Position numbers and translations under genes: made by a program
Assembly: GCA_902512325.1 (NCBI GenBank)
Contig: CABXIT010000001.1
Coordinates: 8,207 to 72,206 of the forward strand
DNA length: 64,000 nucleotides
Direction of reading: 5' to 3'
Source of the DNA: an uncultured Alphaproteobacteria bacterium
GTDB taxonomy: Bacteria > Pseudomonadota > Alphaproteobacteria > HIMB59 > GCA-002718135
The notes under the pieces: model-generated
Seen by the model: only the letters and a program-made list of their open reading frames with translations
Told to the model about the DNA's origin: nothing
The model's database searches: none
Shown here: positions 56,206 through 64,000 of the stretch, piece after piece
Layout of the letters: each line of letters begins with the position of its first letter
How positions within the stretch are numbered: position 1 is the stretch's first letter

Positions 56206-56610
56206 TTAATGTTTAATTTTACAATCTTTACATGCACCATAAATTTCTAAATTATGTTTTGTGTATTTAAAATCAGCCTGGTCACTTTGTTTTGTAAAAT
56301 ATAAAGATAAATTCTTTTTTTTAAGTTCAGTTACCTGATCACAGGTTTCACAAATTAAAAAAGAGGTAGAGGTAGTAGAATCACAATTTTTATGTTTACA
56401 AGCAATAAAAGAGTTTTTGCTTTCTATCTTATGAACTTTGCCAATTTCAATTAGTTTATCTAAGGCACGGTAAACTTGTAGAGGAGATTTTATTCCTTTT
56501 TTTTGAATATTAAAAAGAATAGCATAGGCCTTTAATGGTTCTTTTGAATGTTCTAATAAGTCTAGAACAGTTTGTTGATTATTTGTTAATTTTTCTGTCG
56601 CAAGAGCCAT
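56206..56610 (-). CDS. zur: Fur-family regulator, probably Zur
   Basis: 134 aa. A winged-helix N-terminal domain and two CxxC pairs (CETC, CKDC). It is in an operon with znuB/znuC. Confidence 0.75.
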   Translation of the reverse strand: MALATEKLTNNQQTVLDLLEHSKEPLKAYAILFNIQKKGIKSPLQVYRALDKLIEIGKVHKIESKNSFIACKHKNCDSTTSTSFLICETCDQVTELKKKNLSLYFTKQSDQADFKYTKHNLEIYGACKDCKIKH

Positions 56611-56633
56611 AATGTTTAGATATCAAATTGTGA

Positions 56634-57437
56634 TCATCTTTGCAATGCACTGCTTCTTTTAAACGGTAATAAAGATAAAATAAATAAGACTAATGCCGCA
56701 ACAATAATAGATGGGCCAGAGGCAGTATTAAATTCAAGAGAACTAAAAAGTCCAATAATTACTGATAGTATCCCACCTATAACTGATAAAGCAATCATTT
56801 GACGAGGATTACTGCTTAAATTTCTTGCCATAGCAGCTGGGATTAAAAGTAATCCGGTAATTAATAAAACACCAATCATTTTTATAGCAATGGCAATTAC
56901 ACCAGCTAGCAAAATAGTAAAAATAAAATTAGAACTATCAGGTTTCATACCTTCGGCTGCTGCAAGATCATAATTAACTGTTGCAGCAAATAGGGATTTC
57001 CAAATAAAATATAATACACCTAAAATAATTAATCCCCCTAACCAAATAATGAAAATATCTTCAATTGTTACTGAGAGTATATCTCCAAATAATAAACCCA
57101 TCAGGTCAAAACGAATAGAAGTCAATAAGCCTATTATTACGAGCCCTACAGCAAGGGTTGAATGAGAAAGCAAACCTAACAATGCATCACCAGGCAACTT
57201 TGTTCTTTTTTGTAAACTCAAAAGAAGGAGAGCGATTATACCAGAGACAATAAAAACTGATAAAGAAATATTAATACTAAAAGAGTACGCTATTGTAACT
57301 CCTAATAAAGCTGAGTGTGATAATGTATCACCAAAATAAGACAGGCGCCTCCATATAACCATACACCCCAAAGGACCAGTTACAATAGCAACACCGATTC
57401 CTGCTATTAATGCTCTTATAAAAAAATCATCAAACAT
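56634..57437 (-). CDS. znuB: Zinc ABC transporter permease
   Basis: 267 aa ABC-3 family membrane protein. Confidence 0.9.
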   Translation of the reverse strand: MFDDFFIRALIAGIGVAIVTGPLGCMVIWRRLSYFGDTLSHSALLGVTIAYSFSINISLSVFIVSGIIALLLLSLQKRTKLPGDALLGLLSHSTLAVGLVIIGLLTSIRFDLMGLLFGDILSVTIEDIFIIWLGGLIILGVLYFIWKSLFAATVNYDLAAAEGMKPDSSNFIFTILLAGVIAIAIKMIGVLLITGLLLIPAAMARNLSSNPRQMIALSVIGGILSVIIGLFSSLEFNTASGPSIIVAALVLFILSLLPFKRSSALQR

Positions 57438-58180
57438 TATCTTGATATGCTTCCATCATGGGTGTGCGAGTGATCATGGTGATGTTCATATAAAGATAAC
57501 GTTGACGTAGTATGTTCACCAAACAATTTTATGTAAGCAGGATTTTTTGCTACTGCACTTGGTGTTCCAGAGCAACAAATATGTCCATTTAAACAAATCA
57601 CATGATCTGTTGCAGACATAACAAAATGTATATCATGTGAAATCAACAAGATTCCACAATTCAATTTATCAGAAATATTCTTAATAAGATTATAAAGTGC
57701 AATCTCTCCATTGAAGTCAACTCCTTGTACAGGTTCATCTAATACAAGCAATTCAGGATCTTTTGCTATCGCTCTTGCGATTAAAACACGTTGAAACTCT
57801 CCTCCAGATAAATTACGAATTTCATTATTAAGTAACTTTTCTACACCAGTTAAAGTAAGTGATTCTATAATTTGAGCATGACTAATATTGTTTGTTAACC
57901 TCATAAAATCTACAACACGTAAAGGTAGTGTCCAATCAATATTAATTTTTTGAGGAACGTAAGCTACTTTCTCTGTATTCCTTTTGACTATTCCTTCATT
58001 CGTCTGAAAGATATTCAAAATCATTTTAGCCGTAGATGTTTTTCCAGAACCATTTGGACCTATAAGCGTTACAATTTGACCTTTTGATATTTCAAAAGAT
58101 ACTCCTCGCACAAGCCATTTAGACGATTTGTATACTCCAGCATTATCTAACTTTACTAATGATATATTATTTTCTGTCAT
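57437..58180 (-). CDS. znuC: Zinc ABC transporter ATP-binding protein
   Basis: 247 aa. GPNGSGKTS, LSGGEFQR and a His-rich C-terminus (HHHDHSHTHD). Confidence 0.9.
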   Translation of the reverse strand: MTENNISLVKLDNAGVYKSSKWLVRGVSFEISKGQIVTLIGPNGSGKTSTAKMILNIFQTNEGIVKRNTEKVAYVPQKINIDWTLPLRVVDFMRLTNNISHAQIIESLTLTGVEKLLNNEIRNLSGGEFQRVLIARAIAKDPELLVLDEPVQGVDFNGEIALYNLIKNISDKLNCGILLISHDIHFVMSATDHVICLNGHICCSGTPSAVAKNPAYIKLFGEHTTSTLSLYEHHHDHSHTHDGSISR

Positions 58181-58199
58181 TTCTACTTTACATTATGAT

Positions 58200-58231
58200 A
58201 TGTTATATTATAACATGTAATATTATAACAT
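58200..58231. promoter_or_regulatory. Two overlapping Zur-type operators in the znuC/znuA divergent promoter
   Basis: ATGTTATAtTATAACAT (58200-58216) is a perfect 17-bp palindrome. ATGTAATAtTATAACAT (58215-58231) has one mismatch. Confidence 0.6.
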
Positions 58232-58255
58232 TTATTTATATTAATTGGCATCCTT

Positions 58256-59266
58256 ATGAAACAAAATAATTATACAGTAACTCTTATCAAAGCTATATTT
58301 TTCTCATTTCTATTGATTTTAACCTCACCGATTAGAGCTGAATTGAATGTAGTTACCACCATAAAGCCACTACATTCTCTTATTTCAAAAGTTATGGAAG
58401 GTTTGGGTGAACCATCATTAATTATCGAAGGAACTACCTCACCTCATAGTTTTACTTTAAAACCTTCTCATGCAAAACTTCTTGAAGAGGCTGATTTAAT
58501 ATTTTGGGTTGGCGAAGGAATGGAAACATTTATGGAAAAACCTCTTATGTCTATAGTTAAAGATGCCGAAGTAATTTCTTTCATGGAAGTTAATAGTATT
58601 AATAAACTTAAGTTTAGAGAAGAAAATATTTTTGAAAGTCACGATGACCATGATGAAGAAGATCACGATGAAGAAGATCACGATGAAGAAGATCACGATG
58701 AACATGATGATCACGATGACCACGATGAAGAAGATCACGATTCACACGCAGGCCATGCTCATGGAGAGTTTGATGCTCATATATGGTTAGATCCTATGAA
58801 TGCTAAAGAAATGATTCATGAAATTGCACATGAGCTTTCACATTTAGATCCGTCAAATAAAGATAAATATAATAAAAATGCAGAGTCAACACTTTTAGAT
58901 ATTGATGAATTGATTAATAATATTGATCAATCAATTAATAAAGATGCACAGTTTGTAGTATTCCATGATGCTTATCAATATTTTGAAAATAGATTTGGTA
59001 TAACTTCAGCAGGAGCACTTACTCTAAACACTGATGCTCTACCTGGAGCTAGACAAATTTTAGATATTCAAAATGTTATCAAAGAAAAAGGGGTTAAGTG
59101 CATTTTTTCTGAACCTCAGTTTAATCCTAAAATTATTGAGACAATAGCAAAAGATACAGGGATCAAAACAGGCATTTTTGATCCTTTAGGATCGAAGCTT
59201 GATGCAGATAAAAATCAATATTTTACCCTTATTAAGAACTTAAGAGATAATCTTAAAGGGTGTTAA
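58256..59266 (+). CDS. znuA: Zinc ABC transporter substrate-binding protein with a His/Asp/Glu-rich loop
   Basis: 336 aa cluster-9 SBP. The loop reads HDDHDEEDHDEEDHDEEDHDEHDDHDDHDEEDHDSHAGHAHGE. Confidence 0.9.
   Translation: MKQNNYTVTLIKAIFFSFLLILTSPIRAELNVVTTIKPLHSLISKVMEGLGEPSLIIEGTTSPHSFTLKPSHAKLLEEADLIFWVGEGMETFMEKPLMSIVKDAEVISFMEVNSINKLKFREENIFESHDDHDEEDHDEEDHDEEDHDEHDDHDDHDEEDHDSHAGHAHGEFDAHIWLDPMNAKEMIHEIAHELSHLDPSNKDKYNKNAESTLLDIDELINNIDQSINKDAQFVVFHDAYQYFENRFGITSAGALTLNTDALPGARQILDIQNVIKEKGVKCIFSEPQFNPKIIETIAKDTGIKTGIFDPLGSKLDADKNQYFTLIKNLRDNLKGC
58652..58696 (+). repeat. Perfect 15-nt tandem repeat (x3) inside znuA encoding DEEDH units
   Basis: GATGAAGAAGATCAC occurs three times in tandem (58652-58696). 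A fourth copy lies further downstream within the His-rich loop. Confidence 0.8.
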
Positions 59267-59491
59267 ATTATAATATTTATCTTTTTTAAGTAGATTCATA
59301 ATAGGTTAATTGTTCATTGAAATACATGAATCAATTACCTAAAGTTACCTATCGTTTATCTATTTTTAGACATTTTTCTAAGTTAAGTCTTAGTTTTTTA
59401 TAGGGTTACATTTGACTTTTATATTAAAGCTCAAATATGACATTTTAAATTAAATTTATACAAATCACTTAGCACAATATAAAATTAGATA

Positions 59492-61039
59492 ATGCAATCG
59501 CTCTTCAGGTCCTTTTTTACTGTAAGTTTTTATACATTTCTAAGTAGGATACTTGGTTTTGTTCGTGACATATTAATAGCACGATTTCTTGGATCAACCG
59601 TAACATCAGATGCGTTCTTCGTAGCTTTTCGTATTCCTAATTTTTTTCGACGTGTTTTAGCAGAAGGTGCCTATAGCGCTGCACTAGTCCCAGTTTTCTC
59701 TGGCATTGTTATTGATTCTAAAGATGATCATGAAGCAGCTGATTTTGTTGAGAACACCATGTCATTATTACTCTTTGTTACGGTGGGCTTAACTATCATT
59801 TTCTTTTTTGGGATGCCCTATATTATACAAATACTGGCACCAGGTTTTCCTGCAAGTAGTGAAGCTTTTGACTTAGCTGTCTATTTTGGGAAAATTATAT
59901 TTCCGTATTTAATATTTATCTCCTTAGCTGCACACTTTACTTCAATTTTAAATGTGCATGAACGATTTGCTGCAGGTGCTTTTGCTCCTGCTATTTTAAA
60001 TATCAGTTTTATTCTCTCTATTTATATCATTACACCGTATGTAAGTTCTGCTGGCCATGCTCTGTCCATTGGTGTTTTAATAGGAGGAATTGGACAGTTT
60101 TTATTTTTGTACCAATCGACTCTATATTTTTATAAACCTAAATTAAAATTTCCAGAATTAAATGATAAGTTAAGAAAGTTTTTTAGATTATTTTTTCCAG
60201 GTGTTATTGGCTCTGGTGTAATTCAATTAAATATTATTATTGGAACAATTATTGCTTCTTTCCTTCCTATCGGAGCAATAAGTCATTTGTATTATGCAGA
60301 TCGTTTGAATCAATTACCTTTAGCAATATTTGGTATAGCACTCGGAGTAGTTTTATTACCTAGTTTATCAAAAGCCATTAAATCAAAAAATAATGAGATG
60401 AGTAATAAATTACAAAACAGATCTTTAGAATTTGCTTTATTAATTTCTATACCATCAGCGATTGGTTTATATATTTTATCTTTACCTATTGTTCATATTT
60501 TATTTGAAAGAGGCGCCTTTACTAAAGATGACTCTTTATATACTTCAAATGTGCTTGGATATTTTGCCCTTGGTCTTCCAGCATATGTGTTGATTAAAGT
60601 TTTGATAGTTTGTTTTTTTGCAAGAGAGGATACAAAAACACCTTTATATATTTCAATTGTAAGCGTGGTTACGAATATTATTTTGTCTCTGATATTAATA
60701 AGCACCATGAGAGAAATGGGTATAGCCTTAGCAACGGCGATTAGTGCTTGGGTAAATGCAGCCTTGCTGTTTATTATACTTATAACTAAACACACATTAA
60801 ATTTAGACCGTCAATTTTTAAATAATATATTTAAACTACTTATATGCTTATTTGGCCTTATTTTTATTACTCGCTATTTAGAAAATTTCTTTTTTGCTGA
60901 TTTATATTTAGTGGATATTATGAATAATATATTCTATTTGGTGCTCACTATTATTATCACTGTAGTTATTTATGGGGTATTAATATTTATATTAAAAATA
61001 ATAACAATTACTGATATTAAAAACTACTTGAAAAAATAA
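59492..61039 (+). CDS. murJ: Lipid II flippase MurJ (MviN)
   Basis: 515 aa, about 14 TM segments. N-terminal SR.LGF.RD...A..LG and FF.AFR.PN..RR..AEGA. Confidence 0.9.
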   Translation: MQSLFRSFFTVSFYTFLSRILGFVRDILIARFLGSTVTSDAFFVAFRIPNFFRRVLAEGAYSAALVPVFSGIVIDSKDDHEAADFVENTMSLLLFVTVGLTIIFFFGMPYIIQILAPGFPASSEAFDLAVYFGKIIFPYLIFISLAAHFTSILNVHERFAAGAFAPAILNISFILSIYIITPYVSSAGHALSIGVLIGGIGQFLFLYQSTLYFYKPKLKFPELNDKLRKFFRLFFPGVIGSGVIQLNIIIGTIIASFLPIGAISHLYYADRLNQLPLAIFGIALGVVLLPSLSKAIKSKNNEMSNKLQNRSLEFALLISIPSAIGLYILSLPIVHILFERGAFTKDDSLYTSNVLGYFALGLPAYVLIKVLIVCFFAREDTKTPLYISIVSVVTNIILSLILISTMREMGIALATAISAWVNAALLFIILITKHTLNLDRQFLNNIFKLLICLFGLIFITRYLENFFFADLYLVDIMNNIFYLVLTIIITVVIYGVLIFILKIITITDIKNYLKK

Positions 61040-61040
61040 A

Positions 61041-62051
61041 ATGGACAAAATCAGCAAAAGAATATTATCAGGCGTCCAACCTTCTGGGGATTTACATTTA
61101 GGAAATTATTTAGGAGCGATTAAAAATTTTGTTTCATTGCAAAAAGAATTTGAATGTTTTTTCTGTGTTGTTGATTTGCATGCCATAACTGTTTGGCAAG
61201 ATCCAAAACTATTGAAACAAAAAACAAGAGAGGTTGCTGCTGCATTTATAGCTGCTGGTATTGATCCAGATAAAAATACATTATTTGTTCAGTCACAAGT
61301 TCCACAACACGCTCAATTAGCATGGATATTTAATTGTGTTGCACGTATGGGATGGCTTAACCGGATGACACAATTTAAAGATAAGGCTGGAAAGAATAGT
61401 GAAAATGTATCGGTAGGATTATTCTCTTATCCAACTTTAATGGCAGCAGATATTTTAATATATTTAGCCACACACGTTCCTGTGGGTGAAGATCAAAAAC
61501 AACACTTAGAGTTAACAAGAGATATTGCACAAAAATTTAATAGTGATTTTAACACAGATATATTCCCTATACCTGAGCCTTTAATTTTAGGGGAGGCAAC
61601 TAGAGTAATGAGTCTTCGAGATGGATTAAAAAAAATGAGTAAATCAGATCCATCAGATTATTCTAGAATTATGTTATCAGATAGTGAGGAGGAGATTGTT
61701 AAAAAAATAAAAAAAGCTAAAACAGATCCACTACCTTTGCCTGAAAATATAGAAGAAGCAAAAACAAGGCCTGAAGCTATTAACCTTTTAACTATCTATG
61801 CTGCATTAAGTGACTTAGATGTAAAGAATGTAGTTGATGATTACGCAGGAAAAGAATTTTCTCAATTCAAAAAAGATTTAGGAGAACTTGCTTCCTCTAA
61901 ATTATCGCCTATTTCTTTTGAGATGAATAAGTTAATGAAAGATGAAAAATATTTAGACTCAATTATTAGTAACGGTAAAGATCGTGCTATCAACATTGCA
62001 AATCCAGTATTATCAAAAATTTATGAAATAATTGGCTTTTTTAAACAATAA
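61041..62051 (+). CDS. trpS: Tryptophanyl-tRNA synthetase
   Basis: 336 aa. [14 protein letters not shown] (HIGH-type), GEDQKQH and KMSKS. Confidence 0.95.
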   Translation: MDKISKRILSGVQPSGDLHLGNYLGAIKNFVSLQKEFECFFCVVDLHAITVWQDPKLLKQKTREVAAAFIAAGIDPDKNTLFVQSQVPQHAQLAWIFNCVARMGWLNRMTQFKDKAGKNSENVSVGLFSYPTLMAADILIYLATHVPVGEDQKQHLELTRDIAQKFNSDFNTDIFPIPEPLILGEATRVMSLRDGLKKMSKSDPSDYSRIMLSDSEEEIVKKIKKAKTDPLPLPENIEEAKTRPEAINLLTIYAALSDLDVKNVVDDYAGKEFSQFKKDLGELASSKLSPISFEMNKLMKDEKYLDSIISNGKDRAINIANPVLSKIYEIIGFFKQ

Positions 62052-62122
62052 TATCCCGAATTTTTGAATTTTTTTTACCAATTTTCATACGAAAGTCATA
62101 TTAATCACTATATAAGGAGCAT

Positions 62123-62689
62123 ATGTTTATACAAACTGAACAAACGCCAAACCCCCAAACTCTCAAATTTTTACCTGGGAAGGTGGTTATGGATGAAGGA
62201 ACAGCCTTTTATCAAAATATTGATGAGGCTGGGGACTCCCCATTTGCTAGAAGATTGTTTGCTATAGACGGTGTTTCAGGAGTATTTTTTGGCAGTGATT
62301 TTATTACAATAACTAAAAGTGATGTATACGAATGGCAGGTTATGAAACCTTCTGTTCTAGGAGGTATTATTGATCACTTTAACTCAAAAGATAAAACAGT
62401 TGAAAAAGATGCTGAGAAAGAAGCAAAAAAAAGTCTTCAAACAAACGAAGATGATTCTGATATTGTTAAACAAATAAAAGAACTTCTTGATACAAGAGTC
62501 CGACCAGCTGTAGCTATGGATGGAGGAGATATTATTTATAATGATTTTGCAGATGGTGTGGTTTATTTAAAAATGCAAGGAGCATGTTCAGGATGCCCTA
62601 GTTCCACTGCTACACTAAAAATGGGAATAGAAAATATGTTGAAGCATTATATACCTGAAGTTCAAGAAGTAAGGCCAGTTGATGTATAA
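62123..62689 (+). CDS. NifU/Nfu-type Fe-S cluster assembly protein (Nfu_N plus NifU C-terminal domain)
   Basis: 188 aa. IQTE.TPNP.TLKF at the N-terminus and the GACSGCPSS CxxC motif. AAGGAG lies 4 nt upstream of the ATG. Confidence 0.85.
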   Translation: MFIQTEQTPNPQTLKFLPGKVVMDEGTAFYQNIDEAGDSPFARRLFAIDGVSGVFFGSDFITITKSDVYEWQVMKPSVLGGIIDHFNSKDKTVEKDAEKEAKKSLQTNEDDSDIVKQIKELLDTRVRPAVAMDGGDIIYNDFADGVVYLKMQGACSGCPSSTATLKMGIENMLKHYIPEVQEVRPVDV

Positions 62690-63650
62690 GTTCTTAGCTT
62701 TAACCACTATAACTGGCTGTTTATTCTTAATAACCTCAATAACTTCTATTGTTTATGAGAATAACCACAAAGATAAAGAAATTAATTTTGAATATGAAAC
62801 ATATGATTCATCCACTGTTAATAGATTATATTCACAAAAGAAAATTTTTGATGAAAAAAATAATATTAAACTAAAAAATAAATTTATAGTTTCTTTGAAA
62901 AAGAAGCCATTAAATCCAAATATAATAGAATTTAGAAATAAAACGCCAAATTTTAACACTTTAAATATAAATATAAATGAAATTGATTTAGATTTTCTTT
63001 CTAAATCTAAAAAAAACTTTGTTAAAACTCTACTCCCTTTAATTTCATATGAAAATCAAAACATTTTATTAGAAAGATCCAAGTTAAAAAATATAAAAAT
63101 CTTTTTGGATGATAATAATACTTTACAAAAAACTGATTTGGATTTTTTAAATAAAATTTCAAAAAAATATAAAATAAAAACATCAGATAAACACAAATAT
63201 GATTTAGTTAATGAATTGTTAGATCGTGTTGATGTTATTCCAAATTCTATCGTACTTGCTCAAGCGGCAAATGAGAGTGGTTGGGGAACATCAAGGTTTG
63301 CAAAAGAATTCAACGCTTTATTTGGTGAATATACATATGATTATTCTGACGGCGTTGTTCCACTTTTAAGAAAAGAAGGAGAAAAACATCTAGTTAAATC
63401 ATTTGAATCAGTAAATAAGAGTGTTCAATCTTACTTTAATAATCTTAATTCTCACTATGCTTATAAAGATTTTAGAGAGGTTAGAAAGATTATGAGAGAA
63501 AAAAATAACTTTAGTAATTTAAATTTATTAATTGAAGAACTTGACTCATATGCTGCCGATATAAATTATATTAAAATAATTAATTCAATAATTGATATTA
63601 ATAAGCTTCATCAATTTGATGCGTTTAGTTATTCAATAAATAACTCATAA
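62679..63650 (+). CDS. Glucosaminidase-domain protein (Bax/FlgJ-like peptidoglycan hydrolase)
   Basis: 323 aa. An N-terminal TM segment and C-terminal LAQAANESGWGTSRFA. The likely real start is the ATG at 62682. Confidence 0.7.
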   Translation: MMYKFLALTTITGCLFLITSITSIVYENNHKDKEINFEYETYDSSTVNRLYSQKKIFDEKNNIKLKNKFIVSLKKKPLNPNIIEFRNKTPNFNTLNININEIDLDFLSKSKKNFVKTLLPLISYENQNILLERSKLKNIKIFLDDNNTLQKTDLDFLNKISKKYKIKTSDKHKYDLVNELLDRVDVIPNSIVLAQAANESGWGTSRFAKEFNALFGEYTYDYSDGVVPLLRKEGEKHLVKSFESVNKSVQSYFNNLNSHYAYKDFREVRKIMREKNNFSNLNLLIEELDSYAADINYIKIINSIIDINKLHQFDAFSYSINNS

Positions 63651-64000
63651 ATAAAACTGGTGACCAAACCACCGCCATTTATTATCACTGCCTTTAGCTG
63701 TACAATTTACTCTTGATCTACCTTTTGTTAATTTTCTTTTGAGTCTTATTTCTATTCTTTCATTAAATTTGAACAGTTCTTTCTCTACTTGTCCTTTACT
63801 GTCAAAAACAAAACAATCAATAGAAGTAGATAATTTTTCATCAAGTAATGAAAAGCCTATGAAAGGAGGATTATCATTAATAGTAGGGTTAGTTGGTATA
63901 AAATCATAAATACCCAATCCCTTAGCGTTAGCTGCAAATTTTACTCGATCAATTTCTGCATATCTTTTATTTAGAGAAAATCTTGGTAAATAATAAAAAT
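63645..64000 (-). CDS. Hypothetical protein; the 5' end extends beyond the window
   Basis: I checked by hand that the reading frame stays open from 63917 to the window edge (…FYYLPRFSLNKRYAEIDRVKFAANAKGLGIYDF…). The track's TTG start at 63917 is therefore probably internal. No family recognised. Confidence 0.4.
   Translation of the reverse strand, partial: FYYLPRFSLNKRYAEIDRVKFAANAKGLGIYDFIPTNPTINDNPPFIGFSLLDEKLSTSIDCFVFDSKGQVEKELFKFNERIEIRLKRKLTKGRSRVNCTAKGSDNKWRWFGHQFYL

Noticed and set aside
58496-58738. 80-aa minus-strand ORF (…IVIFFIVIFFIVIFF…) opposite znuA
   Set aside because: It is the reverse-complement reading of the GAT/GAA/CAC tandem repeat that encodes the ZnuA His-rich loop. 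The repetitive hydrophobic product is an artefact.
59326-59403. 25-codon ATG ORF (MNQLPKVTYRLSIFRHFSKLSLSFL) in the znuA-murJ spacer
   Set aside because: It has no Shine-Dalgarno, no recognisable family, and a length consistent with chance in AT-rich DNA. It is left as non-coding.
62064-62267. 67-aa ORF overlapping the Nfu-type gene start in another frame
   Set aside because: The Nfu frame has an AAGGAG Shine-Dalgarno and conserved N-terminal motifs. The alternative frame has neither.

Overview
This is a 64 kb window of very AT-rich, gene-dense bacterial chromosome. About 70 CDS are packed with many 1-40 nt overlaps, and I found no rRNA, tRNA, CRISPR array, transposase or integrase. Gene content and style suggest a streamlined marine alphaproteobacterium of the SAR11/Pelagibacterales type. 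The cues are many ABC substrate-binding proteins, an alpha-type sigma-32/ROSE heat-shock leader, Zur/ICE-type operators, an NDUFS6-like zinc-finger ORF and a TIGR02300 zinc ribbon. This placement is an inference and has not been verified.

Layout:
- 1-6.5 kb: pyruvate carboxylase 3' end, upp and a BMP-type nucleoside ABC transporter.
- 6.5-15 kb: katG, ribA, hisI, hemB, thrS and cysS on the minus strand.
- 15-19.8 kb: a tightly overlapped pabB-pabA-pabC-folP-folB-folK operon with a convergent, divergent trpF-like gene.
- 19.8-23 kb: a cdd-PNP-deoA-O-methyltransferase operon.
- 23-29.7 kb: a small heat-shock gene, an unknown protein plus HupE pair, and a ferric-iron ABC system.
- 29.7-37.7 kb: add, adenosine kinase, transporters and msrPQ.
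- 37.75-52.5 kb: a phosphonate-utilisation island.
- 52.5-56.1 kb: PiT plus its DUF47 partner, a SET-domain protein and a divergent PiT-like protein.
- 56.2-59.3 kb: zur-znuBC/znuA with tandem operators.
- 59.5-64 kb: murJ, trpS, an Nfu-type protein and a glucosaminidase-domain protein.

The most interesting region is the phosphonate island. It combines the PhnW/PhnY/PhnA phosphonoacetate route with a solitary PhnZ-type HD oxygenase, an FAD amine-oxidase-like enzyme and an AEP-type ABC importer. Two paralogous 280-aa DMT proteins also lie in the island. Three genes sit inside its operons without any assigned role in phosphonate metabolism: a ureidoglycolate-lyase-fold protein translationally coupled to phnW, a 368-aa methyltransferase-like protein, and a metallophosphoesterase.

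All calls rest on motif and family recognition by eye. No database search was run.
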